Shown here: positions 9,261-20,800 of the stretch, one piece after another
Position numbering within the stretch: position 1 is the stretch's first letter
How the letters are laid out: each line of letters starts with the position of its first letter
Source of the DNA: an uncultured Fibrobacterota bacterium
Lineage (GTDB): Bacteria > Fibrobacterota > Chitinivibrionia > Chitinivibrionales > FEN-1185
DNA: 64,000 nt
Assembly (NCBI GenBank): GCA_963753345.1
Contig: CAVWBU010000026.1
Coordinates: 1-64,000, forward strand
Direction: 5' to 3'
Notes under the pieces: model-generated
Seen by the model: only the letters and a program-made list of their open reading frames with translations
Databases searched by the model: none
Told to the model about the DNA's origin: nothing
Made by a program: the position numbers and the translations under genes

Positions 9261-9592
9261 AATTGTATCCGCACTCAGTAGCTTTTATCAAGAATCACCG
9301 CGCATCCGCCGTCCATTCCTCGATCCACCGTGAAAAATTCCTTCCGACCCGTTCCATATCAATCACCCCGACCTTTGACCGAACCGGAGCGGTTGACATA
9401 TCGTATTGGCAAATCCGCGCTTCTCGCATCCTCACGTTGTTGCCGAACCATCTTGACTGCGAAGTGAGCGGAAATGATTTTATTCCCCGGCCTGCCGACG
9501 CGGTCCGCGAGGCAGACCGTTTCATACCGAATCCGATCGTTCACGTGCTTTTTCAAGTTCACCACGATAGTCGCGTCAAGGGAGGCGTCCGA

Positions 9593-9868
9593 ATGGTAAA
9601 GATTAACAAAGTCCAGCTCGTGCATTTGCAAAAGAAGCTCGGGACCGACGAGGAAATTGGGAACAAGCTCGGGGTGACCCGGCAGGCAGTCCAGCAGATG
9701 CGGAAGAGATTCGGCATCCAATCGAGGTGGGCCGCAAACCCGCAGCGCAACAAGAAGATCCGCGCCTTGTCCAAGGCCGGGAAAAGCGGGGCCGAGATCG
9801 CAAGGAAATTCGAACTGTCCAAGTCCCGCGTTTATCGCGTGATAGAGATGGGCACTAGAAAAAGATAG
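9593..9868 (+). CDS. Small basic protein with two HTH-like motifs
   Basis: GGAGG RBS before ATG 9593; EEIGNKLGVTRQAVQQ and AEIARKFELSKSRVYRVI. Confidence 0.75.
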   Translation: MVKINKVQLVHLQKKLGTDEEIGNKLGVTRQAVQQMRKRFGIQSRWAANPQRNKKIRALSKAGKSGAEIARKFELSKSRVYRVIEMGTRKR

Positions 9869-10005
9869 CGCTTTGGTCCGACAGAATCGCCGCACTCAAC
9901 GGGCACTTTCCGGCACCGGGAAGCGCCCGTGTGATTTCCTGACAGGCGGCGCGGACGGACGGACGCAATGGAAACGGCGAGTTTACTTTTTGGGAATCTC
10001 CCGGG

Positions 10006-13000
10006 CTAAAACTCCGCGCCCAGCGAGAAATAGTCCTTCCAGGGCCCGAAGAACGTCGCGAAGTCGGTTTTCCACGCCCTGTCCCACCGCAGCACGAAAA
10101 TCCCGAGGTTCGCCCGCAATCCGCCCCCAACGCCGCCGTACACCTGCTTCGGCAGCGGTACATTCCTGAACTGTTCGTCCGGGTTCCACGCATTGCCGAC
10201 ATCGGTGAAGAAAGCGCCGTTGACGTACCGCAACGTCAGAGGCAGCGGCCACGCGAGCGTCATTTCCTTGAGGAAGGGGAACCGGAATTCCGTATTGACA
10301 ACCGCAAACCTCGTTCCGATAATGTCGAGGTAGTCCCAGCCCCTCAGGGGAACAATGATGTCCGAATAGAAGAAATTGTCGGTGTTCGCCTGGTAGGCGG
10401 CCGCGTTGTAATTGTACAGCAACCAGTTCTCGTCGCCGCCAAGGAAGAACTTGCGCGCGTTCGGCCCGTTCCGCAGGGGCATGCTCGCCCCGAAGGCGAG
10501 CCGGTTTGCCCACACAAATCTTTTGAACAGGTGCCAGTAGTGCCGCAGATCGACGTCGAACGATGCGAATGAGGCATCGATGAATTTGAACGGCGGGGAG
10601 ACGATCACGCGCGCCTGTCCCCGCGTTCCGTTGAGCGGCCCGGTGATGCCCCAGAGGATGTCGTCGTAGATGAGGGATACCGAGGGCATGAACATGTTGA
10701 TGGTGCGGCTGCCGCGGCCGGTGTCGACCACGGGAGACTCGGATACGGTATCGTAGAGATACGGAGCGCGGAAGAGATTCTCGTAAAATCCTTCGACGTC
10801 GATTCTGGTGAACATGGAGAACGGAAACCTCACCAGGAACATGAGTCCTTCGTCGGTGTCGAAAAAGAGCGAATCGCCGAAAATGTTCGCGGCGGTAAAT
10901 TCTCTGTTGAAGAACGCGCCCCCGCCGAAGTTGATCTGGCGTTCCAGATTGAGGTACGAGGCGAACAGGTGGGTGTATTCCGCGAGATTGCCCTCGATGT
11001 CGCCCATGACCGCGATCTGCTGGTTTCCCATGAGGTCGGTGAACACGGCGGCAATCTGGCCCGCCACGCCGTAGCCGTAGTACGCGTTTGTCCCCAGGCC
11101 GACCGAGACGATGTCGGGCGTGAACCGCAGGCGGTACGGACGCGGCTGGACGGTGTCGAAATTGGGGACCGGGCGGGGCATGCTTGTCGTGACGGTGTCG
11201 GCGCCGATGGTCGTGACCTGCGCCGCGGGGGCGGGCGTGGTTGACGAAGAAGAGCCCGGGCGCTTGACAAGAGCGGAGTCCTTCCGGGGCTGCACGTGCG
11301 CCGTGTCGCGTTCCGAGATATCGTCGATTGTTTCCTCGTTCGCTTTCGGGCCCGGCACAGGGGCCGCGCGATCCCGGTGCGGGGCGGCAGGTTCCTTTTT
11401 CACGTGCGGGGCCGCGGTGTCCCCCGGCGCGGCGCGCAGGAAAAAGGGCGCCGTGGTGTCGTCGCACGATTCAACCCATTTCGTTTTCTCCGGGAGCCTC
11501 GGCAGCATGTTGTTCAGGGGGTCCGCCATGCGCCAGATGTCCCATCCGCCTTTCTGAAACAGGCAGTACACGAGCGTCGAGGAATCGCGTGCGGCATCGG
11601 GGTTCGAGATGCCGCCGATCACGTCGGTGAGCGCACGCGCGCTGTCGGGACTCGCAAACGGCGCCGCATAGAGATTGTCCATGCCGTTTCTGTCCGATAC
11701 GTACAGCAGCGTTTTTCCGTCGGCGGAGAAGCACGGCGCCTTCTTGTTACCGGGCGAGAAGGTGAGTTGCGTGCGGCTGCGGTCGGCAAGCGAAAGACGC
11801 CACAGCTGCATCGGTTGCGCGCCGCGCGCCCGCAGCGCCCGACTCGGTGAGCCGCAGGTATCCTGCCGCGAAAACACGATGCCCGCTCCGTCGCGCGTGA
11901 AACGCGGGTCCCCTTCCGTAAAAATATCATTAGTCAAGCGCGTGCACGAGCGCGAGCGAAGGTCGTACAGAAACAGGTCGCAGTATCCTTTGTCAACGCC
12001 GCAGAACACAATGGCCGAGCCGTCGGGAGACCAGTCGGGCGCGAACGCCGACGTCAGGGCGGGCTGGAACGTCGAAACAAGTTTTTTCCGTTTGATGTCC
12101 ACGATTCTGAGCTGGTCCCTGCCGTTGTTGTTCGCAACGAAGGCCAGCTTGTCGCTCTGCGGAGACCAGCACATGCCGCTTCTGAACGGGTGGAAGGATT
12201 CGAAACTGCCCGCGTAGCCGGATGCGCCCACTTCCCCGACGATCGATCCTTTGCCGTTGCACACCAGAATACGCGTGTAGTCCCGCAGGTCGCTGAAATA
12301 GGCGATCTTCGTTCCGTCGGGGGAGATCCGCGGCTTGAGGTTGAAATTGTCGCGGTCCTTTTCGTGCGCGGTGAGCGCAACGGCGTTTTTCGACGGGTCC
12401 CTGCGGCGGCCGATTTCCGGCCAGTAAAGCCGCTTCAGTTCCGTGCGCCACTCTTCGCCGAGTTCCTCCGGTGTCTTTCCGTAAGTCTCCTTGAAGCTCC
12501 GCTCAACGTTCTTTGTCTCCCTGAAATGTTTGAGAAACAGGGAAAACATCTTTTCGCCTCGTGAAGCGGCAAGAAAGGCGAAGAAGGACTGGCCGCCCTT
12601 GTAGGCCATGTATCCGCCGAGCTCGGGGCCGGGAAGGCCAATGGATCCGTACACCACCGCGTCCATGAGGAACATGTCGGCCTCGGTGTTCCAGCCGGAC
12701 GAGAGATATTCGGCCAGGCCCTCCGCGAACCAGAGCGGCATCAGGACGTTGCCCCCTGTAAAGATGGAGCTTCCGAATTGCTCAAAGAGAATGGCATACT
12801 GGAACCCGTGCACCAGTTCATGGTGAAGGACGTGTCTCAGGTCGTCGTATGATCCGTCGAACGGAACCACGATTCTATTCTTCATTTGCGTGGTGAAGCC
12901 GCCCACGCCCTCGGGAAGTATGTCGCTCACGATATTGGTTTGCGCAAAACTGTTCGGGCTGCCGTAGAGGATAACGGGCAGCTTGTCCTTGGGTCCGAAA

Positions 13001-13254
13001 GAAAAATCATTGCGCAGCGCCTCGTAGTCGTTCTCGATCCATTGCGCGGCAATGGACGGCAGCACTCCCTGGTCCTGATAGAAAAACAATTCGAAATGCG
13101 GTGCATTGTAGTATCGCCAGGAGAAATGTTCGTATTCGATTTTGTTCTTTCCGAATCCGAAGAGTTCTGCAGCGACCATGAGCAGGAAGAGAAAAACCAC
13201 CCTCACGCCGCAGAGCGCGGGAGCGCGGAAAGGGGCCGTTTTCGATGGTGTCAT
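10006..13254 (-). CDS. Omp85-family outer-membrane protein with N-terminal MA-clan metallopeptidase-like domain and PD40/TolB-like propeller
   Basis: HELVH + WFAEGLAEY; SPDG/WSPDG repeats; C-terminal barrel with LRGW..EFRFP..FTDVGNAW..GGLR, ending in F. Confidence 0.85.
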   Translation of the reverse strand: MTPSKTAPFRAPALCGVRVVFLFLLMVAAELFGFGKNKIEYEHFSWRYYNAPHFELFFYQDQGVLPSIAAQWIENDYEALRNDFSFGPKDKLPVILYGSPNSFAQTNIVSDILPEGVGGFTTQMKNRIVVPFDGSYDDLRHVLHHELVHGFQYAILFEQFGSSIFTGGNVLMPLWFAEGLAEYLSSGWNTEADMFLMDAVVYGSIGLPGPELGGYMAYKGGQSFFAFLAASRGEKMFSLFLKHFRETKNVERSFKETYGKTPEELGEEWRTELKRLYWPEIGRRRDPSKNAVALTAHEKDRDNFNLKPRISPDGTKIAYFSDLRDYTRILVCNGKGSIVGEVGASGYAGSFESFHPFRSGMCWSPQSDKLAFVANNNGRDQLRIVDIKRKKLVSTFQPALTSAFAPDWSPDGSAIVFCGVDKGYCDLFLYDLRSRSCTRLTNDIFTEGDPRFTRDGAGIVFSRQDTCGSPSRALRARGAQPMQLWRLSLADRSRTQLTFSPGNKKAPCFSADGKTLLYVSDRNGMDNLYAAPFASPDSARALTDVIGGISNPDAARDSSTLVYCLFQKGGWDIWRMADPLNNMLPRLPEKTKWVESCDDTTAPFFLRAAPGDTAAPHVKKEPAAPHRDRAAPVPGPKANEETIDDISERDTAHVQPRKDSALVKRPGSSSSTTPAPAAQVTTIGADTVTTSMPRPVPNFDTVQPRPYRLRFTPDIVSVGLGTNAYYGYGVAGQIAAVFTDLMGNQQIAVMGDIEGNLAEYTHLFASYLNLERQINFGGGAFFNREFTAANIFGDSLFFDTDEGLMFLVRFPFSMFTRIDVEGFYENLFRAPYLYDTVSESPVVDTGRGSRTINMFMPSVSLIYDDILWGITGPLNGTRGQARVIVSPPFKFIDASFASFDVDLRHYWHLFKRFVWANRLAFGASMPLRNGPNARKFFLGGDENWLLYNYNAAAYQANTDNFFYSDIIVPLRGWDYLDIIGTRFAVVNTEFRFPFLKEMTLAWPLPLTLRYVNGAFFTDVGNAWNPDEQFRNVPLPKQVYGGVGGGLRANLGIFVLRWDRAWKTDFATFFGPWKDYFSLGAEF

Positions 13255-13709
13255 ATGCGGGATGCCTTTTCAGACTTGTGCAATGACGATGCTGTAAAAT
13301 AATTCCAGACGGCGCGCCTCTCGCTTCTTCAGATCGCCGCAGCCGCCGTTTGAAATTTGAAAAAGGAATGATTCCTGAAACGCGTGCAAAGTGCAGTCAA
13401 GGGAAAAATCTTCAAGGGAAAAATCTGGCCGAGAAATATCTTGCGTTTCGTGTGAGAAGTATGTTATTTGAATGCTTGCATCTGCTGCGATAGTCAGCGG
13501 AAACCAGGGTTGCACCTTATTATTGTCATATGCGCGCAATTGCGTCTTCCAGCAATGGTTGTGTGAACACGCGCGGCGAAACGGTCGGTTTTACCGTGCA
13601 CGGAACCTTTAATCGGCCGATGAAAGTTGTCGACTGTTTTCCTTAAAAGGCCTTCGGCACCACCGGGCGGGCGCAAAGAAAATCTGGGTATCGACAGGGG
13701 CGTAAAAAC

Positions 13710-13738
13710 TTGACACTATTTGCAACCGATAGTATTTT
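13710..13738 (+). promoter_or_regulatory. Sigma70-type promoter for the OmpA/TPR/ExbBD cluster
   Basis: TTGACA-17 nt-TATTTT upstream of ATG 13832. Confidence 0.55.
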
Positions 13739-13831
13739 GATTGATGCTTTATCCGAAACGGCAGTGTCATTTCCATAGCCGTGCAAGCAATTTAAGCCCT
13801 TAATACTTTACAACAAGATAGGATCTTCACG

Positions 13832-15376
13832 ATGTGCAGAAAAATCCCACCGGCGCTCTTTCTGTACCTTCTGGCAGTCCTTGTCGGCTTGTCATTGGCA
13901 GGAAGAAAGATCGTTGTACCGCACGATTTTCCCTCCATTCATGCGGCGCTGGGTGAGGCCGACGAAGGTGACACCGTGTTCGTCTCGAGCGGCGTCTACC
14001 ACGAGAACATCGCGATGGCCGACAATGTCGTTCTCATGGGTCAAGATATGCTTACCACGATCATCGACGGCAGCCGGAAGGGGCCGTGCGTGATCGGAGC
14101 CGACGGCGGCACCATCACGAACTTCACAATCAGGAACGGCACCACCGGCATCCTGTGCAAGAATACCCGTCCCACCATCGTTCGAAATCTCATCATCGAC
14201 AACAAAGGGGCGGGCATCCACGCCCTGGTGACATTGCCGGATATCAACAACAATATCATCTACCGGAACGAGTGGACCGGCATTTTTCTGGAATCGAGCA
14301 GGGGAACGCGCACCTCGATCGATCATAACGTCATGCTCGAAAACGGCTACTGCGCAATCTTCTGCGCGCACCGGACCGAAGTGCTGGTCCGCAACAACAT
14401 CCTCATGGAAAACAAGCAGTATGGTATTTATATCGCCCCTCAGGCCAAGAAGACCCGCATCATTTTCAACAATATATATATGAATAGGATTCCCTTCAAT
14501 CCGGTTGCGGTGGTGAATGAAACCAATATTCAGAGAGACCCGATGTTCATCTCGCCGGGCTGGAAGAATTTCAACTACTTTGTCAAGCCAACCTCGGCCT
14601 GCAAGGCAAAAGGGGAGAACGGGACGGATATCGGCCTCATCACCGAAAAAATGGTGGAGGCCTTGGTCGGCGATCGCGACGGCGACGGTATTCCCGACGA
14701 CATAGACCAGTGTCCCGACGTTCCCGAAGACAAGGACGGATTCGAAGACGAAGACGGATGCCCGGATTACGACAACGACAAAGACGGCATTTACGACGCG
14801 CAGGACGAATGTCCCAACGACCCGGAAGACCGCGACGGATTCCAGGACACCGACGGCTGTCCCGATCCCGACAACGACAAAGACGGCATCTGCGACCCGT
14901 GGGTTGCGGAACAGGGCAAGCAGAATCAGTACGCCAAGATCTGCAAGGGGAGCGACCAGTGTCCGAACCAGCCCGAGACGTTCAACGGGTTCAAGGACGA
15001 CGACGGCTGTCCCGACGAGAAGCCGGTGGAAATCAAGCAGAAGCTCACGTTGCGCGGTGTCAATTTCAAGACCGCGAGCGCAGAACTCCTTGAAGAGTCC
15101 TACTACGTGCTCGAACAGGTTTACAACAGTCTTGAAGCATACCCTAATGTCAAGATCGAGATTGCCGGTCACACCGACAATGTCGGTAACGCCCAGGACA
15201 ATCTTGTCTTGTCGTATCAGCGTGCGAAATCGGTAATGGATTACCTGATCATGCGGGGTATTTCGCCTGATAGAATGGTTGCAAAGGGATACGGCAAGGA
15301 AAGGCCTGTCACGTCGAACGGCACAGCTGAGGGTCGCGCTACCAACAGGCGAGTTGAAATCATCCCAACCAAGTAA
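13832..15376 (+). CDS. OmpA-family protein: right-handed beta-helix + TSP3 Ca-binding repeats + OmpA C-terminal domain
   Basis: GDTVFV..GVYHE, repeated NNII..N; DRDGDGIPD..DQCP repeats; IAGHTDNVG, RAKSV, NRRVEI. Confidence 0.9.
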   Translation: MCRKIPPALFLYLLAVLVGLSLAGRKIVVPHDFPSIHAALGEADEGDTVFVSSGVYHENIAMADNVVLMGQDMLTTIIDGSRKGPCVIGADGGTITNFTIRNGTTGILCKNTRPTIVRNLIIDNKGAGIHALVTLPDINNNIIYRNEWTGIFLESSRGTRTSIDHNVMLENGYCAIFCAHRTEVLVRNNILMENKQYGIYIAPQAKKTRIIFNNIYMNRIPFNPVAVVNETNIQRDPMFISPGWKNFNYFVKPTSACKAKGENGTDIGLITEKMVEALVGDRDGDGIPDDIDQCPDVPEDKDGFEDEDGCPDYDNDKDGIYDAQDECPNDPEDRDGFQDTDGCPDPDNDKDGICDPWVAEQGKQNQYAKICKGSDQCPNQPETFNGFKDDDGCPDEKPVEIKQKLTLRGVNFKTASAELLEESYYVLEQVYNSLEAYPNVKIEIAGHTDNVGNAQDNLVLSYQRAKSVMDYLIMRGISPDRMVAKGYGKERPVTSNGTAEGRATNRRVEIIPTK

Positions 15377-15412
15377 CGCGTGAAACAATTTTCAAGACAT
15401 GCGAGGTAGGCT

Positions 15413-17806
15413 GTGGAAACGAAGATAACGAGGATGCTGTGGATGGTGTGTGTGGGGATGATGCTGACATACTGCGGGAGAGCGCAGGGTCAGACGGGTG
15501 GTTACGACGCGCCGTTTTTCCAGGCGGATTTCATTGAGGATTTGAGCGATTTTTCGTCGGGTCTGGTGAACCCGGCGTTGTTGTACCGAGTGAACCAGTA
15601 TCGGTTGGAGGGTGGTTTTTACCGGTGGGAGATGGACGAGGCAGGATCGACGACGCCGCTGGGGTACCAGGAGATGTCGTTTTTGGTGCCGATCCGGTTG
15701 AATCACACGATCGGGTTGTCGTGGATAGGTACGGGATCGACGATCGACCGGACGACGATCGACTTTAATGATGCGACGAACACGATTCGTGACCTTGGCG
15801 AGGCGAATTTTGGGGACAACTGGTTTGTGGGGCATTATTCGTGGCGGATATTGCCGTGGTTTATCGCTGGGGCGAACGCGAAGTTGCGTTATGAGAGCAA
15901 GTTTGGGATGAGCCAGCAGCTTGCGGTGGGATTGGACCTCGGGGTGTACGTCAATCCGATGGATCATTTTCGTTACGGGGACCTTGGTTTCAGCCTGAAC
16001 TTGCAGGACGTGGTGCCATCGATACCGATATGGCACGACACGGGAGCGACGCTGGATCAGGTGGGGGTGACGCGGGTTCGCGCCGGGGTGAGGTACTCGG
16101 GGTTGAACGACAAGCTGGTGATTGATTTTGAGGGGGTGGTGGACAACGCGCTGTCAGATTTGTATGCGGGGATATTGAAGGCGGACACGGTGTGGACGAA
16201 CGCGACGCCGGACGTGACGAAGGCGTATGAGTTGAAGAAGGCGTTTCGGCTGAGCGCGCATGTGAAGTGGCAGTTTATACCGCAGGTGTGGTTGAAGGCG
16301 GGTTGGGCGAACAACAACATACCGTACGTTGGGTTCAATTTCAATTTTATATATCCGTTGCCGGAGATGATCAACTACCTGAACTACGATGTTCACATAG
16401 GGTACGCGCTGCCGATAGCGGGCCAGGAGGACGAGCGGGGGCTGACGATGATGCACCGGTTGTCGACGGATTTTGGTCCGACGCGTGAGCAGCGGGAGTC
16501 GAAGCGGCTGTACGATCAGCTGATATTGGCGCCGATGGACGCGTACAACGAGGCGATGCGGCTGTATCTGGCGGGGAAATACTGGGAGGCGGCATTTGCG
16601 TTCGGGAAGGTGGTGTCGTTGTACCCGAACTTTTATTTGAACGACAAGGCTGCGTATTACATGGGAGACAGCTACAAGCGATTGTACATGAACGAGACGG
16701 CGCGGGCGGTGTTCAAGAGCGCGCTGGAGGAATACACGACGTCGGACATGCGGTCGAAGTACCTGTATGGTCTTGAGACGATCGACTACCGTGAGGGGAA
16801 ATACGAGGACGCACTGAAGAACCACGCGTTTATAACGAATTTGTACGGGGAGAGCGACATACGTCCCGACGCGGACTATGTGGCTGGTGAGATACACTTT
16901 TTGCGGAAGAACTACAATGCTGCGGAGCAGCTGTTGAGCCGGATCAAGGCGGGGTCGCCGTCGTATTTGTACGGGCAGTACACGCTGGCGATCATCAACA
17001 TCGAGAACAAGAAGATGGAGGCGGCGGTAGGGAACCTGAAGAGCATCATAGCGGACACGACGCAGGATCCTGCGACGCAGCTGTTGCAGGACGCGGCGAA
17101 CGTGAAGCTTGGACACGCCTATTACGAGCAGGTGGAGCTGCGGAACGCGGTGGAGGCGTACAAGCGGGTGCCCGAGGGTTCGAGCTACGGGGATGAGGCG
17201 CTGTTGGGGACGGCGTGGTCGTGGATCAAGGTGAACCAGCCTGCGGTGTGTTTGCAGACGGTGGATCGGTTGATCGCGGCGCACCCGGAATCGCCGCTGG
17301 TGCCGGAGGCGTATTTGCTGAAGGGGTACGGGCTGATGCTGCAGAAGAAGTATCAGGACGCGATAGATGCGCTGGAGAAATGCCTGGACATGACGAAGAC
17401 GGTGAAGTACGTGACGGAGGCGGACCTTCAGGCACGGACGCAGAAGTTTGGTCAGACGACTTCCGAGTTTGCGCCGACGGCGGAGAAGGTGAAGAAGAAC
17501 GCGCTGCGGAAGCCGACGGACAAGTCGATCGAGGAGCGCGGAGCGTTCAAGTCGGAGTACGACAAGTTTGCAAAGGAGAACCGGGACTTTTTCAACTATA
17601 CGTTGCTGGCGCAGTCGCACAAGAAGTTTTTCATGCGGAAGGACCAGGTGATATCGGACGCGGAATATGCGATAGCGAAGGCGACGAGCCTGCTGAAGTC
17701 GGGCGGTCAGGTGCGGCAGATTGAGGACCAGAAGAAGAAAGAGGATAAGATCAACGAGGAAATCGAAAAGAAGAAAAAAGAACTCCAGCAGATAGACAAG
17801 AAGTAG
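15413..17806 (+). CDS. Putative PorV/FadL-like beta-barrel fused to a TPR array
   Basis: Signal peptide, NPALL motif, alternating beta-strand segments, then repeated TPR helices. Confidence 0.7.
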   Translation: METKITRMLWMVCVGMMLTYCGRAQGQTGGYDAPFFQADFIEDLSDFSSGLVNPALLYRVNQYRLEGGFYRWEMDEAGSTTPLGYQEMSFLVPIRLNHTIGLSWIGTGSTIDRTTIDFNDATNTIRDLGEANFGDNWFVGHYSWRILPWFIAGANAKLRYESKFGMSQQLAVGLDLGVYVNPMDHFRYGDLGFSLNLQDVVPSIPIWHDTGATLDQVGVTRVRAGVRYSGLNDKLVIDFEGVVDNALSDLYAGILKADTVWTNATPDVTKAYELKKAFRLSAHVKWQFIPQVWLKAGWANNNIPYVGFNFNFIYPLPEMINYLNYDVHIGYALPIAGQEDERGLTMMHRLSTDFGPTREQRESKRLYDQLILAPMDAYNEAMRLYLAGKYWEAAFAFGKVVSLYPNFYLNDKAAYYMGDSYKRLYMNETARAVFKSALEEYTTSDMRSKYLYGLETIDYREGKYEDALKNHAFITNLYGESDIRPDADYVAGEIHFLRKNYNAAEQLLSRIKAGSPSYLYGQYTLAIINIENKKMEAAVGNLKSIIADTTQDPATQLLQDAANVKLGHAYYEQVELRNAVEAYKRVPEGSSYGDEALLGTAWSWIKVNQPAVCLQTVDRLIAAHPESPLVPEAYLLKGYGLMLQKKYQDAIDALEKCLDMTKTVKYVTEADLQARTQKFGQTTSEFAPTAEKVKKNALRKPTDKSIEERGAFKSEYDKFAKENRDFFNYTLLAQSHKKFFMRKDQVISDAEYAIAKATSLLKSGGQVRQIEDQKKKEDKINEEIEKKKKELQQIDKK

Positions 17807-17870
17807 GGGTTTCCCAGTTGCAAGCGGCAAAACAGTCAGTGGGGGATTTGAGGAAGAGGAGTGTGAATTC

Positions 17871-20800
17871 ATGAGAACGAGCAAGCTAAAGCTGGCGCTG
17901 TGCATTGCAATGGTATGTGCAATGGGCATTGCCTGGAAGGCCGCATTTGGAGCGGATGACACCGAGGCAAAGAAGCGGGCGATTCTGGAACAGATTAAGA
18001 AGCTTGAAGAGCAAAAGGCGCATTTTGCCGGAAAGCCAGCAGCCAACCAGAACCTCGACGAGATCGTTGTCCGGTACGAAAACCTGCTCTCCGGATGCAC
18101 CAAGAAGAGCGACCGATGCGCCGATGTGCTGTTCACGCTGGCGCAGCTGTACTATCAGCAGGCGCAGGATGGCTACATAAAGGCCCGCGAAGAATACGGC
18201 CGCGAGATGGACGAATACGACAAGAATCCGAAAGGCAGGAAGGAACCGGTCAATCCGATCCCGAATTACTCAAAAGCAATGAAAATGTACAACCGGCTGG
18301 TTCACGAATATTCCGATTTCCGCACCATCGACGAAGCATATTACCAGATGGGAAACATCTATCTTGTCATGGGGGAACTCGACAGCTCCGGATGGGCCAT
18401 GGAGCAGGTGATCAAGGCTTCCCCGAACGGTCAACGGACGTCGAGCGCGCATTTCAGGCTCGGCGACTTCGCCTATATGCAGCACGATTTTCCGAAGGCG
18501 CTCAAACATCTGGAACTGTGCAAACCGGAAGGCCTTTCCCCGGACAACCAAGGGATGGTTCAGTACCGCAAGGGTGATATCTATTACAATATGGGGGAAT
18601 TCGACAAGGCGGTCCAGAGTTTTCAAGACTATATCCAGAAATGCGATGCCGGCGAGTACCCGAAGCAGGAATTCCGCGGAGAGGCCCTTGAGATGATGTC
18701 GGTGGCTTTTTCCGACATGCCGAAGGGTTCCGAAGAAGCTGAAAGATTCTTCAGAAAAGTCGGCGGCCGGCCGTACGAAGACTATGTGATTTATACCATC
18801 GGCATGAAGAACAGGGTTCACGGGCAGACCGACGACGCCATTGTCGCCCTGCAGTATGCGCTCAAGAGGTTTCCTTTTTATAAGGATGCACCAATAGCGC
18901 AGCAGATGCTGGTTGAATGCTTTATAATAAAGAAAGATTACGAGAAGGCGAACGCGGCCAGGGAAAAGCTTGTTGATTTCTACGGGCCGAACGGCGAGTG
19001 GTCTGCCAAGAACGCCTCTCAGAAAGTCGTCATGGATCAGGCGCGCGACCAGGTGCGCAAGGCACTTGCCGCAATCCCGCTGTATTATCACGGCCTCGCC
19101 CAGAAATCCAAAGACAAGGCCCTGTACGAAAAGGCTCTCAAACGCTACAACGAATTTGCGCAGAAATTTCCGGATGACAAGTGGCACAATTATGAATTCA
19201 AATATTATATGGCCGAAATCTACAACACGCTTGGCGACTATCAGAAATCCGCCGAGAACTTTGATTTTGTCGCAATGTCCGATCTTGCAAGCTTCGGTCC
19301 GTACAAAGAAGACGTCGATACCCTTGGAATGGACCAGACCGAAATCGAAAAGCAGAAAAAGGAAGAAAAGACGGGGCCCATCTCAATATCGCAGGAAGAC
19401 GCTGCATACAATGCTGTTGTCGCCCTCATGAATGCGCGGAAAAAGGAAATGGCTGCCGATGGCGTGAGCGATGAACAGTCGTTCAATCTGCCGGTAACCA
19501 AACAGCTGCTCGATTATATCCACCGGTATCAGGCAAAGTTCGTAAAAAGCGCAAACGCGGCCGAAATCACTTTCATCGGCGCAGACGTCTATTATTCGGC
19601 CAAGATGTACGACAATGCGAGCAAGGACTACAAGTTCATCATCGATTCCTACCCGGATTCGAAGTTTGCGCTCAAGTCGATGCGTATGATCGCAAACTGC
19701 TATGTAAGCACTGGTGAATTCGACCTTGCCATGGCCAAGTACAAGGACCTTCTGAAGAAGACCCAGGCGAACACGCCGGAATACAACGAACTGATCGAAC
19801 TCGCCGCCGGGGCCATGTTCAAGAAGGCGGAGTCGATGCAAAAGGCAAATAACGTTATCGGCGCAGCGGACGCGTTCAAGGCGATTGCCGCCGATTATCC
19901 GAAGAGCAAAGTCGCCGCGCGCGGATGGCTCGAGGCTGCGCGGTGCTATGAGGCGACCAACAACTTTGAATTGGCCGCGTCGACCCTCCAGGACCTTGCG
20001 ACAAAGTTCCCGTCTTCCGAACTCAGGGAAAACGCGTTTCTCCGCGCGGCGGAGGACTTCAAGAAGATTGACAAATGGGCCAATGCTGCGAACGTGTACC
20101 AGACGGCCGCCCTCACCATCACCAAGCCCGACTTTGCAATTCCCAGTTTGTCGTACGCGGCGGAAGCATACTCGAAAGTAAACGACTTCGACAACGCGGG
20201 AAAAATGTACGAGCTTGCCTACGAGCGGTACCCCAAAGACGCGAAGACCCCGCTTGCGCTGTACAATGCCGGGCTCATTTACGAAAAGGGAAAGCTGTAC
20301 GAGAAGGCGATTCGGGCATACACGGTCCTCACGCAGAACTTCCCCGCCTCCGAATATTCTCCGGAAGCGTTTTTTTCCGTCGGTCTTTGCTATGAGAAGA
20401 TGGGCAGAAACGTCGACATGGCTGCCGTGTTTACGGATTTCGCGAGAAAATACGAGGGTGACAAGTACAAACAGGTTGAGGCGCTCGTCAAGGCCGGAGA
20501 CGCGTACTATAATCTCGGCGATTTCAAGGAAGCTCAGAAGGACTATCTGCTTGCCGTCGAGGTATACGAAAAGTTCAAGGGCAAGGCCGACATGAACGTC
20601 GAAGCGGTTGCCAAGTCCTACTACAAGCAGGGTGAAATACTCTACAAGGTCTTCGGCGACATCAGTCTTAAGGGAAGCAAGCAGCAGGTCGCCGCCAACC
20701 TGAGGGCCAAGGAAGAGGCTCTCAAGAACGCGGCCGGGCCCTATGCAAAGTCGATTGAGCTCGGCGTTGAAGAATGGACCCTGCGCTCCACCTTCAAGAT

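Noticed and set aside
9263-9592. Long N-terminal extension of the HTH ORF and short antisense ORFs
   Set aside because: A good RBS precedes ATG 9593; the upstream translation has no recognisable features
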